A stretch of DNA of 64,000 bases. It comes from Terriglobia bacterium (lineage in GTDB: Bacteria > Acidobacteriota > Terriglobia > JAJPHL01 > JAPKYU01). How positions within the stretch are numbered: position 1 is the stretch's first letter; every line of letters begins with the position of its first letter. Shown here piece after piece: positions 8,291 through 17,970 of the stretch. The translations under genes and the position numbers were made by a program. The notes under the pieces are model-generated. The model made no database searches. It was not told where the DNA came from and saw nothing but the letters and a program-made list of their open reading frames with translations. The stretch covers positions 96,001 through 160,000 of the forward strand of contig CBDBKE010000002.1 of NCBI GenBank assembly GCA_965206645.1. Reading direction: 5' to 3'.

Positions 8291-11200
8291 ATGCGTTGGT
8301 TTCGAGTGACGAGTTACGCTTTGGTCGCTTCGCTGCTGCTGTCGACCCTTTTTGCGGCCTCGCCGGCCACGCCAAAGTCTGCGGAATCGGTCGACTTCCA
8401 GCGAGACGTGCGTCCGATTCTCTCAGACAACTGCTTTCAGTGCCATGGGCCGGACAGCAAGACGCGTATGGCGGACGTGCGGCTAGACACCCGGGAGGGT
8501 GCTTTTGCCTCACACGATGACAGCGCGCCGGTGGTTGCCGGAGACCTGCAGGCGAGTCTCCTCTACCAGCGCATTACGGCCAAGGACCCCGCCAAGCGCA
8601 TGCCTCCGGTCTTCTCAAAAAAGGAGCTGACCGCCGAGCAGATCGATATCCTGAAGCGCTGGATCGAACAGGGCGCTTCTTGGGATCAGCACTGGTCGTT
8701 TCGGGCGCTGCAGCGGCCGGATCCAGCGGTTGTCAAGAACGAGTCGTGGGTTCGCAACGGGATTGACCGGCTCATCCTGGCCCGGCTGGAGGCTGAGGGC
8801 CTTGAGCCGGCTCCCGAGGCAGACCGCCGCACGTTGATTCGCCGCCTCTCACTCGACCTCACTGGTCTTCCCCCGAGACCAGAACAAGTCGAAGCCTTTG
8901 TGAATGATACCGCCGAGGACGCGTACGAGAGGCTGGTCCAGAAACTGTTCGATTCCTCCCATTGGGGGGAGCACCGTGGGCGCTACTGGCTCGAAGCAGC
9001 TCGCTACGCCGATACTCACGGGCTGCACATCGACAACTACCGCGAAATGTGGCCCTACCGCGATTGGGTGATCAACGCCTTCAACCGGAACGTGCCGTTC
9101 GACCGCTTCACGATCGAGCAGCTCGCGGGGGATCTTCTGCAGAATCCCACGCTGGAACAGCGCGTCGCCACCGGCTTCCATCGCTGCAACGTCACCACCG
9201 ACGAAGGGGGGGTGATCCTCAAGGAAGTGGAAGCCATTTATGCCAAAGATCGCGCGGATACGACCGGCACCGTGTGGCTGGGTTTGACCGTCGCCTGCGC
9301 CACCTGCCACGACCACAAGTTTGATCCGATCTCCACGAAGGACTTCTATTCGATGACGGCCTTCTTCCGGAACACCACACAGTACGCATTGGATGGCAAC
9401 GTCTCCCACCCGCCGCCGATCGTCGTGGTTCCGCGCCCGGAAGAGACGCGCCGTTGGCAGGAGCTCAAGCGCGAAGTGGCGCAAGTCGCGAGCCGCATGC
9501 AAGCGCTGGACTCCTCGGCGGACGACGAGTTCGAAGCGTGGCTCGCGAGCGGGGAGTATCGCTCTGTGGAGGCGCCTCTGGAGAAGTCCTCCGAGGTTTT
9601 GACACTTTCGCTCGGCGACGGAGTCGCCGTGAACTTACCAGACCGTAAGGTCGAGATCGACCTGCCAAAAGGCATCAGCCTGGGCGCCGGGCCGGACGAG
9701 GATCTCAGAGCGCTGCGGTTTACCGGGGAAGCCTGGGGCGAGTTGCCTAACATCGAACACCTCGACTCGGACCGCCCCTTCTCCATCACCGTCTGGGTCT
9801 ATCACCCCAAAGAAGACGGGGGTTTCACTGTAGCCAGCCAGGCGGACCCCGAGGATAAGTGGCGTGGTTGGTCCCTCCACATCAGTAGACACATAGCTAT
9901 GTTCAAAATGGTGAGCGATGACGGCGAGTCCATCAGGCTCGGACCGGACCACTTGCAGCAGATGGAGGGCGGGACCTGGAACCACGTGGCGGTGAGCTAT
10001 GACGGCAGTGGGGAAACCGCCGGGCTGAACTACTACCTGAATGGGAAGCTCATCCTCACGCGGGGTAGTGAGTACTTTGCGAAGATCGAGGGCAACATCC
10101 GCACCAGCCAGCCGATCCTGTTGGGGAGGCACGTCAGCCAGGAGAATGACGCCGACACCTGGTATTTCGACGGCGGGGCCCTTTCCGACTTTCGGATCTT
10201 CAACCGCGCGATCACCGTCGAGCAAGCCCGGCTGGTCTCGCTTTGGCCTGTATTGCAACGGGCGCGGAAAAAGAAAGCCACCGAGCTGACTCAAGACGAG
10301 CGGGAGGCCCTGCGTCTCTATCATCTCAACCTCAGGCGCAAAGATGAGGATTCCCACCAGCTTGCGGCACGGTTGAACGAACTCAAGCTCGAGCAGCGGG
10401 AAGTGCGGCGCCGCGGCGGCATCACGCACGTGATGCAGGAGCGCAGCGACGTCGCGCCGTTTGCCCACGTCCTCTATCGCGGCATGTACGACCGGCCTCA
10501 GGACCGCGTCGAGCCGACCACCCCAGCGGCTTTGCCGCCGATGCCGGCTTCTTTCCCTCGCAATCGGCTTGGCTTGGCGAAGTGGCTTGTGGACGACTCG
10601 AATCCGTTGACCCCGCGCGTTGCCGCCAATCGCTTCTGGCAGGAGGTCTTCGGTACGGGCATCGTGAAAACCTCCGACGATTTCGGCTCTCAAGGTGAGC
10701 GCCCGTCTCATCCAGAGTTGCTCGACTGGCTGGCGGTCGAGTTCCGAGACTCGGGCTGGAACGTCAAGGACTTCTTCCGCTTGATCGTGACTTCGGCCAC
10801 CTACCGACAGTCGGCGGCCACCACCGAAGGGAAGCTGGCGAAAGACCCGGAGAACCGGCTTCTCTCGCGAGGGCCGCGGTTCCGCATGGACGCCGAGATA
10901 GTGCGCGATTATGCGCTGGCGGCCAGCGGTCTGCTGGTCTCTGCGATCGGTGGGCCGAGTGTGAAACCTTACCAGCCTGAAGGTGTTTGGGAAACGGTAG
11001 CGATGCCGCAGAGCAACACCAGCAACTACAAGCAGGACCATGGCGACAAGCTCTACCGCCGCAGCCTCTATACCTTCTGGAAAAGGTCCGCTCCACCGGC
11101 ATCCATGGTGACTTTCAACGCTCCCACACGGGAGAACTGCACGGTGCGGCGGGAGCGCACGAACACGCCGCTACAGGCGCTTTTGACGATGAACGATACG

Positions 11201-11509
11201 CAGTTTGTCGAGGCTTCACGCTATCTGGCCCAGAAGACGCTTGAGGAGGCTGGCGAAGACTTTGACAGCCAGCTCGACTATATGACGCTGCGCCTGCTGG
11301 CCCGCAGGCTCGAAGAAGATGAGCGGGTGGTGGCGCGGCGGGCGTATGAGGATTTCCTGGGCTACTACCGAGAGAATCGGGGGGACGCAGGGAAGCTGCT
11401 GGCCACCGGGGAATCCGAGCCGGACCAGGCGCTGCCCCAGGTGGAGTCTGCGGCTATGACCATGCTGGCCAACCAGATCATGAATCTGGACGAGGTTTTG
11501 AACAAGTAG
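8291..11509 (+). CDS. DUF1549/DUF1553 protein with planctomycete cytochrome c and a LamG-like insert
   Basis: Signal peptide, CFQCHGPD, CATCHDHKFDP, WNHVAVSYDG...YLNG (LamG), SHPELLDWLA. Confidence 0.92.
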   Translation: MRWFRVTSYALVASLLLSTLFAASPATPKSAESVDFQRDVRPILSDNCFQCHGPDSKTRMADVRLDTREGAFASHDDSAPVVAGDLQASLLYQRITAKDPAKRMPPVFSKKELTAEQIDILKRWIEQGASWDQHWSFRALQRPDPAVVKNESWVRNGIDRLILARLEAEGLEPAPEADRRTLIRRLSLDLTGLPPRPEQVEAFVNDTAEDAYERLVQKLFDSSHWGEHRGRYWLEAARYADTHGLHIDNYREMWPYRDWVINAFNRNVPFDRFTIEQLAGDLLQNPTLEQRVATGFHRCNVTTDEGGVILKEVEAIYAKDRADTTGTVWLGLTVACATCHDHKFDPISTKDFYSMTAFFRNTTQYALDGNVSHPPPIVVVPRPEETRRWQELKREVAQVASRMQALDSSADDEFEAWLASGEYRSVEAPLEKSSEVLTLSLGDGVAVNLPDRKVEIDLPKGISLGAGPDEDLRALRFTGEAWGELPNIEHLDSDRPFSITVWVYHPKEDGGFTVASQADPEDKWRGWSLHISRHIAMFKMVSDDGESIRLGPDHLQQMEGGTWNHVAVSYDGSGETAGLNYYLNGKLILTRGSEYFAKIEGNIRTSQPILLGRHVSQENDADTWYFDGGALSDFRIFNRAITVEQARLVSLWPVLQRARKKKATELTQDEREALRLYHLNLRRKDEDSHQLAARLNELKLEQREVRRRGGITHVMQERSDVAPFAHVLYRGMYDRPQDRVEPTTPAALPPMPASFPRNRLGLAKWLVDDSNPLTPRVAANRFWQEVFGTGIVKTSDDFGSQGERPSHPELLDWLAVEFRDSGWNVKDFFRLIVTSATYRQSAATTEGKLAKDPENRLLSRGPRFRMDAEIVRDYALAASGLLVSAIGGPSVKPYQPEGVWETVAMPQSNTSNYKQDHGDKLYRRSLYTFWKRSAPPASMVTFNAPTRENCTVRRERTNTPLQALLTMNDTQFVEASRYLAQKTLEEAGEDFDSQLDYMTLRLLARRLEEDERVVARRAYEDFLGYYRENRGDAGKLLATGESEPDQALPQVESAAMTMLANQIMNLDEVLNK

Positions 11510-11536
11510 CGCTGCAGACGGAGGGGAGCATCCAAG

Positions 11537-13003
11537 ATGCATCCATCGAAAGAAGCCATTCTGACCGAAACCCGGCGGCAGTTCTTCGCTCGCGGCGGCC
11601 AATGGCTTGGTGCGCTCGCGCTGGCCAGCCTGGTTGCTGAGGAGGCGAAAGGCACTCCGAAAGGGGCGGAGGCCTACGGAGGGCTGCCTAACTTGCCGCA
11701 TTTCGCGCCCAAGGCCAAGCGGGTGATCTATCTCCATACCATGGGCGCGCCGCCGCAGATGGACCTGTTCGACTACAAGCCCAAGCTGAAGAACTGGTAC
11801 GGCAAGGAACTGCCCGATTCGATTCGGCAGGGCCAGCGTCTGACGACCATGACCGCCGGCCAGGCACGCTTCCCGATTGCCCCTCCGGTCTGGGAATTTC
11901 ACCAGCACGGCCAGAGCGGTGCATGGATCTCCGACCTTCTGCCGAACATCGCCAAGATGGCCGATGACATGGCGATCGTTCGTTCCATGCATACCGAGGC
12001 GATCAACCACGAGCCGGCCATCACGTTTATCCAAACCGGCCGGATGATCGCGGGTCTTCCCTGCATCGGCTCCTGGCTCGCCTACGGTCTGGGCAGCATG
12101 AACCGAGATTTGCCGACGTTCGTGGTGATGAACGCGAAGCGTGGCCACCGCAAGGCGGCCGTGCAGGCGATTTCGACGCGTCTTTGGAGCGCAGGTTTCC
12201 TCTCGGCCGAGCACGCGGGCGTTGCTCTGCGCGCGGGCGCCGACCCGGTCCTCTACGTCAAGAATCCAGATGGAGTTCCCCAGCAGATCCGGCGGCGTAT
12301 GCTGGATGGTCTGAGTGCGCTGAATCAAATCCAGCACCAGAAGATCGGTGATCCGGAGACGCTGGCGCGAATCGAGCAGTTCGAGATGGCCTTCCGGATG
12401 CAAGCGTCGGTGCCGGAGATGAGTGATCTTGCCAGCGAGCCGGAGAGCACCTACAAGCGCTATGGAGAAGACGCGCGGGAGGCGGGCACGGTCGCCTATA
12501 GCTTACTGATGGCGCGACGGCTGATCGAGCGCGGCGTGCGTTTCGTGCAGATCTACCATCGCGGTTGGGACGTGCACAGGAATGTGCCTGAAGTGCTGCC
12601 GGGCCAGTGCAGGGCTGTCGACCAGCCCTGCTGGGCGTTGGTGCAGGACCTCAAGGAACGTGGTCTGTTTGATGACACGCTGGTGGTGTGGGGCGGCGAG
12701 TTCGGCCGCACGGTCTACTCCCAGGGCAAGCTCACACCCACCGACTACGGCCGCGACCATCATCCGCGCTGCTTCAGCATCTGGATGGCCGGCGCCGGCA
12801 TCAAGGGTGGGGTCGTCTACGGCGAAACGGACGATTTCTCCTATAACATCGTTAAGGACCCGGTCCACGTTCGCGACTTCCAGGCGACGCTCCTGCACCT
12901 GTTCGGCATTGACCACGAACGGTTCACCTACAGGCACCAGGGGCTGGAGGCGAAGCTGACCGGCGTCGAGCCCGCCAAAGTCGTGAAACCGGTTCTGGCG
13001 TAA
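11537..13003 (+). CDS. DUF1501 protein
   Basis: TRRQFF Tat motif, PPQMDLFDYKP, GGEFGRT, GRDHHP. Confidence 0.92.
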   Translation: MHPSKEAILTETRRQFFARGGQWLGALALASLVAEEAKGTPKGAEAYGGLPNLPHFAPKAKRVIYLHTMGAPPQMDLFDYKPKLKNWYGKELPDSIRQGQRLTTMTAGQARFPIAPPVWEFHQHGQSGAWISDLLPNIAKMADDMAIVRSMHTEAINHEPAITFIQTGRMIAGLPCIGSWLAYGLGSMNRDLPTFVVMNAKRGHRKAAVQAISTRLWSAGFLSAEHAGVALRAGADPVLYVKNPDGVPQQIRRRMLDGLSALNQIQHQKIGDPETLARIEQFEMAFRMQASVPEMSDLASEPESTYKRYGEDAREAGTVAYSLLMARRLIERGVRFVQIYHRGWDVHRNVPEVLPGQCRAVDQPCWALVQDLKERGLFDDTLVVWGGEFGRTVYSQGKLTPTDYGRDHHPRCFSIWMAGAGIKGGVVYGETDDFSYNIVKDPVHVRDFQATLLHLFGIDHERFTYRHQGLEAKLTGVEPAKVVKPVLA

Positions 13004-13131
13004 AAACCAGCTTCACAAGACCTCGGACGCTTGGGGTCAGGCCCTTTCTGGATTTCATGGTCCCTAGACAAGCCCACCGCGGGATCTCCGTTTCTCAATT
13101 GATCAAGTATGCGCACCGGAAAGGTGAGCTG

Positions 13132-14322
13132 ATGAGCAGGATGGGAAAAGCGATTCGTTGGTGCATCGTCTTGGCGGCGGTAGTTTTGCTAGCAGCCGGA
13201 GCCCTACCTCCCGAGAGGCCGCTTCTGGCCGAGAGGCCACTTCTGGGCGAGGGGCCGCTCCTGGAGCAACGAGAAGTGTTCCGCGCCGGGGAAGACGGCT
13301 ACCACACTTACCGTATTCCCGCGCTGACCGTCACAAAGAAGGGGACCTTGCTGGCGTTTTGCGAGGCCCGCAGAAACAACCAACGGGATCATGGTGACAT
13401 CGACCTAGTGGTGAAGCGAAGTACGGATGGTGGGAGAAGCTGGTCTGCGCAAAAGGTCGTCTGCGAAGAGGGCGGCAAGGCCGAAATCACGATCGGCAAT
13501 CCCGCTCCGGTGGTGGACCGGGACACGGGGACGATCTGGCTGCCCATGTGCCGCGACAATCGGGATGTCCTGATCACAAAAAGCACCGACGACGGCCTGA
13601 CGTGGTCTAAGCCAGTCGATATCACGCGGTCGGTGAAGAAGCCCGACTGGGGCTGGTACGCGACGGGCCCCGGCATTGGTATTCAGCTGCGCGGCGGCCC
13701 GCACAAGGGGCGCCTCATCATCCCCTGCGATCATCGAGAACCAGTCGGTGACCGGATGGTCAAGAAATCCCATGTCTTCTATAGTGACGACCACGGCAAG
13801 ACCTGGCAGCTTGGCGATTCGGTGGCCGAGCACACCGACGAATGCCAGCTGGTGGAGACCGCCGACGGATCGCTGCTCGTGAACATGCGCAACTACTGGG
13901 AGCACGATGGACATCAGCCCGAAAAAGGGGGCAAGCGCGTCACCGCCCGGAGCCAGGACGGCGGCCAGACATGGACCGACCTCCAGTTCGATGAGACGCT
14001 GATCGAGCCGACTTGCCAGGCCAGCTTCCTTCGCTACACTCATGAGAAGATGCACGACAAAAACCGCTTGCTGTTCTCCAATCCTGCCAGCAAGGACGAC
14101 CGGGTCAGAATGACGGTGCGCATGAGCTACGACGAAGGCAAGACCTGGCCCGTGGGCAAGTTGCTTAACGAAGGGCAGTCCGCTTACTCGTCGTTGGCCG
14201 TGCTTTCTGACAATACCATCGGATGCTTGTACGAGCGTGGCCGGGAACACCCTTACGAGAAGATAACGTTCGCCCGGTTCAACTTGGCGTGGCTGACCGA
14301 TGGATCCGATCGGCTCAAATAA
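13132..14322 (+). CDS. Sialidase / exo-alpha-sialidase (GH33, BNR repeats)
   Basis: YRIP motif, Asp-boxes STDGGRSW, STDDGLTW, SDDHGKTW, SQDGGQTW, SYDEGKTW; signal peptide; start moved to ATG 13132. Confidence 0.9.
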   Translation: MSRMGKAIRWCIVLAAVVLLAAGALPPERPLLAERPLLGEGPLLEQREVFRAGEDGYHTYRIPALTVTKKGTLLAFCEARRNNQRDHGDIDLVVKRSTDGGRSWSAQKVVCEEGGKAEITIGNPAPVVDRDTGTIWLPMCRDNRDVLITKSTDDGLTWSKPVDITRSVKKPDWGWYATGPGIGIQLRGGPHKGRLIIPCDHREPVGDRMVKKSHVFYSDDHGKTWQLGDSVAEHTDECQLVETADGSLLVNMRNYWEHDGHQPEKGGKRVTARSQDGGQTWTDLQFDETLIEPTCQASFLRYTHEKMHDKNRLLFSNPASKDDRVRMTVRMSYDEGKTWPVGKLLNEGQSAYSSLAVLSDNTIGCLYERGREHPYEKITFARFNLAWLTDGSDRLK

Positions 14323-14363
14323 ATCAGGCTCACGAATACATGCTGAGACGGAAAGTTGGCGGG

Positions 14364-14704
14364 TCAGCCTGCTATTCGCCATCGTGCCTGCCGGAGCAGT
14401 GCTTTTGGCGACTCTTTGATCAGCTCGTACCACACGGTGAGCAGAGAATCATCCTCAAGCTGCAGGGTAGATGGATAACCCAGGTCGGTGGACGTGCCGT
14501 CGTCGGAAATGATCATTGGCTCCGACCACGTGCGACCATGGTCTTCGCTCAGACGAGTCTGATTGCCCAGTGGTGGGCGGCGGTGGCCATAGCTCATCAG
14601 CAGCCGCCCATCCTTCAGCCGCAGCAAGTGAGATGGCAGCCCCCATACCCCGATGGGGTGTGGGACTGACCAGGTCTTGCCTCCGTCAGACGATTCGCTT
14701 TGAA
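14364..14704 (-). pseudogene. C-terminal fragment of a BNR/sialidase-like protein truncated by IS1380
   Basis: SSDGGKTWS, SEDHGRTWS, DLGYPST; abuts the IS right end and no N-terminal part is visible on the other side of the IS. Confidence 0.8.
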
Positions 14705-16362
14705 CCGGAATTTCCATTTTGAGCTTCCTCTTCACCCGAAAAGCTATGCCTCGTACCCTGTCGTGTCAACCGCAAACAGCTCTGGCCTCTTTGAGGTGGT
14801 AGTGCGGCACATTTTGGCTGTTCTTCGGAGTCGCTGTGCGGGGTTCGCCTGCCCAGCCTGCCGCGCCGCTGACACTTATCCGGCCCGACCACTTCTGAGC
14901 ACCTAAAATTACCCTCTCTCCCGGTTCGCTAGCCGTCTGGCAGCGGCAGTGCCGAGATCGTTCGCAGCATGCTGCTGAACAGCCTCCGGCTCAAGTGCCC
15001 TTCGGCCAGCAAAAGCCAGTAATATCGCGCATGTTTCACCAGCCGTCCTCCCGTTTTCACCAACCGCTGTTGCAAGCTCGTCAGGGACCAGTTCCCGATT
15101 CTCTGTGGCAGCACCAGTCGCCGCCACAGGTTGCCGAGATTATAGGCAATGATGGTGAGCCACAGCCGGACCTCGTTCGACCGGAACCGGTGACAACTGA
15201 GCCGCGTCATCTTCACTGCTTGCTTTCCTTCTTTGATCCACTGCTCCGCTGTCCCCCGCTTGTTGTAAAACCGCATCACCGCCCGACTTGGCAGAGTCAA
15301 GTTCGTAACGATAAACCCTACTCGCGGGAACAGCTCCCCTGGATGATGCTCCACCTTGGCCACCACCCTGCGGGCTGTCTTCCAACTGGCCGCTTGGTAT
15401 AGAAAGCCCTTGAACTCCACCAACGGCTTCTTGCTGGGTCTCCCCACCGGCCGAGTCAGCAACTCCTCAATGTCCCGCTGTAGGCTGTCGTTAGCCGGGA
15501 TGCGGATGGCGTACTTTACCTCCCGCTCCTCCAGAGCCTCGTAAATCTCCGGCTTGGCAAAGGCCGCGTCGGCACGAAACACCACTTCCTTGCCCAGCTG
15601 CTGCTGCCGCTCGATCTCCGGCAGGAGAAGTTCTTTCCAGTCCTCGGCGCTGTGCACGTTGCCCGGTCGCAGCTTGGCCGCCAGACAGTCACCCTCGCGA
15701 TTGAACAGCAACAACGGGTGATAGCAGCTCGACTCGAAATGCCCGTTGTAGGCACTCTGCTCCTGCTGGCCGTAGACCGGAATCTCGGTCGAGTCCATGT
15801 CCAGCACCACCCGTTGCGGGGAATCCATAGCTTCCGCCCTGGCGATTAAATCCCGGTTGATCGCTGCCAAACCAGCCAGGTTCTCATCTTGCGTCAGTAG
15901 TTCTGTCTCGAACGATTGCAGCCGGGAAGTCAACGCGGCTCCTCGCTCCCAGATCTTTTCTGAACCGATCAGCCGGAACGTCGGATCTTGAGAGAGCCGT
16001 TCCGCGTCATTCATATCTTCGTAACCCGCCAAGCGGCTGTACACGGACTGGCGCAGGAGGTCAGCAAAGGGCAACCGTGTGTTCTTTCTCCGAGGATCGG
16101 CCAAGTGCTGTTTGATGAGTTCTCCGAATCCCAAATGTTCGTCTGATTCGCGCACGAGGATCAGGCCGCCGTCGGAAGTAACCCGCGACCCCTGGAAATC
16201 GACCTTCAATGCAGCATTGAAAGAGAACTGAAAGGGCTGATTTTGCCTCTCACCCACTCGGTTTCTACCTCCGGAAGCTGTATTGACGCTGGAACCGGCA
16301 TAAATATTGGCGTCGGAGGTCAGTATAAGGTTAGCTTTGGAGTTTCAAAACGGAAATCCGGG
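14705..16362 (-). mobile_element. IS1380-family insertion sequence, copy 2
   Basis: Ends CCGGAATTTCC (14705) and GGAAATCCGGG (16362); flanks TTGAA and CTCCA do not form a target duplication. Confidence 0.9.
14929..16257 (-). CDS. IS1380-family DDE transposase
   Basis: Close paralog of 6442-7770 with the same motifs. Confidence 0.95.
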   Translation of the reverse strand: MGERQNQPFQFSFNAALKVDFQGSRVTSDGGLILVRESDEHLGFGELIKQHLADPRRKNTRLPFADLLRQSVYSRLAGYEDMNDAERLSQDPTFRLIGSEKIWERGAALTSRLQSFETELLTQDENLAGLAAINRDLIARAEAMDSPQRVVLDMDSTEIPVYGQQEQSAYNGHFESSCYHPLLLFNREGDCLAAKLRPGNVHSAEDWKELLLPEIERQQQLGKEVVFRADAAFAKPEIYEALEEREVKYAIRIPANDSLQRDIEELLTRPVGRPSKKPLVEFKGFLYQAASWKTARRVVAKVEHHPGELFPRVGFIVTNLTLPSRAVMRFYNKRGTAEQWIKEGKQAVKMTRLSCHRFRSNEVRLWLTIIAYNLGNLWRRLVLPQRIGNWSLTSLQQRLVKTGGRLVKHARYYWLLLAEGHLSRRLFSSMLRTISALPLPDG

Positions 16363-16640
16363 CTCCACTCTATTCAGACGCGGATTTCGTTCTTTCAGTT
16401 CCAAAAACTCGGCCACCGTGGGCTAGGCATTGCTGTCTGGCTATGGCCAGTTCCTGATTGGGGAACTGGGGAGCCAACTCACCAGCCGTCACACGACACT
16501 CTTCCTCGGGCCGGCCGTGAGCCACACACTTCTATGTCCGGAGAATTTGCGTCTCAATGATCCGGGTGAGTTTGGCCCTCTGGCAGACTCAGACTTGTCG
16601 TGGCAGGTCCCTGTGTCTAACTACCAGCCAGACCCTGGCG

Positions 16641-17951
16641 TCAGACCAGATCCTTGATTGGCACACCGGTCTTGTCGTCAATGGAGTTGGCGATCTTGAC
16701 CGGACGCCCGATGGGCGTCATGTAGGTTTTCTCCCAATCAATTCCGAAGGCCTTGTAGATCGTCGCGTAAATGTCGCCCATAGTGACCATGCGGTCGGCC
16801 ACGTACGCGCCTCGTTCATCGCTGGCTCCGATGATCTGCCCACCCCGAATCCCGCCACCTCCCAGCACCACAGACCAGCATTCCGGCCAATGGTCCCGAC
16901 CGCGGTTGGGGTTGATGTGGGGCGTGCGGCCAAACTCACCCATCGCAATGACGACGGTTGATTCCAACAATCCGCGCTGCTCAAGGTCCTCCAGTAGAGC
17001 CGAAAGGGCCTGATCCAATGGAGGCGTGAGGGTCTCACGGTGGCGTTTGTCGTTATCGCCGTGCGTGTCCCACTGGTTGTTCTTGTACCCAGCCGCAGTC
17101 ACAAAGCGGGCGCCGGCCTCGACCAGTCGTCGCGCCAGCAGCGCGCCCTGTCCGAACCCATTGCGGCCGTAAGCGTCCTTGAGCTTCTCCGGCTCTTTGG
17201 ACATGTCAAAGGCGTCTTTCACCTTGGGAGAAAGGATCATCTTCCAGGCCGCCTCGGTGAAGCGGTCCATCTTGGCGAACTCCGCTTGCTGGACCTTCTC
17301 GCGATACAGCCGGTCCACGACCTTGAGAGTCGAAAGCCGGTCCTCAATCACCTGCTCGGAAACCGATTTGGGCAGGCTCAGATCGGGCACCGCGAAATCG
17401 GGACGGCTGGGGTTGGGAACCACCATCGGCTCGTACTCCGCACCGAGATAGAAGGCCTTGAAGAACCATTCCTGCTCTAAGCGGTCAGTGATCACGTAGG
17501 GAGGGATCTGATTACGTTTGGCCATTTCCCGGGCAATGATCGAGCCCACCGAGGGGAACTGCAAGGCGGGGATGGGTCGGTGCCCGGTGATCACGTAGTG
17601 GGTCGCCTGGGGATGGTTGTTCTCCTCCGTATGCAGCGAGCGAATAATCGCCAGCTTATCCATGTGACGCGAAACCTTCGGCAACAACTCCGAAATCTGG
17701 ATGCCCGGCACATTGGTGGAGATCGGCTTGAAGGAGCTGTTCGGCTTGGGATCCCAGGTGTCGACCTGGCTGGGACCACCCTCCAGCCACAGCAGGATGC
17801 AGGCCTGGGCCTTACCGTTGGGCGCCAGGTTTTCCGCGGCCATCAGGTAGTTGCGCAGACTGATCCCCAGAAAGCTCAGCGAGCCGACGCGCAGGAAATC
17901 CCGGCGGCCGATGCCCGGTTTCACACACCCCATCCAGTCCGTATTGCTCAT
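16641..17951 (-). CDS. DUF1501 protein
   Basis: GRRDFL Tat motif, GGPSQVDTWDPKP, WDTH, GEFGRTP, GRDHW. Confidence 0.92.
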   Translation of the reverse strand: MSNTDWMGCVKPGIGRRDFLRVGSLSFLGISLRNYLMAAENLAPNGKAQACILLWLEGGPSQVDTWDPKPNSSFKPISTNVPGIQISELLPKVSRHMDKLAIIRSLHTEENNHPQATHYVITGHRPIPALQFPSVGSIIAREMAKRNQIPPYVITDRLEQEWFFKAFYLGAEYEPMVVPNPSRPDFAVPDLSLPKSVSEQVIEDRLSTLKVVDRLYREKVQQAEFAKMDRFTEAAWKMILSPKVKDAFDMSKEPEKLKDAYGRNGFGQGALLARRLVEAGARFVTAAGYKNNQWDTHGDNDKRHRETLTPPLDQALSALLEDLEQRGLLESTVVIAMGEFGRTPHINPNRGRDHWPECWSVVLGGGGIRGGQIIGASDERGAYVADRMVTMGDIYATIYKAFGIDWEKTYMTPIGRPVKIANSIDDKTGVPIKDLV

Positions 17952-17970
17952 GGCGCTCTCCTGAATCTAC

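Noticed and set aside
6336-16362. Composite transposon formed by the two inverted IS1380 copies
   Set aside because: Copy 1 has its own CTTAC duplication and the outer flanks (CTTAC/CTCCA) do not match.
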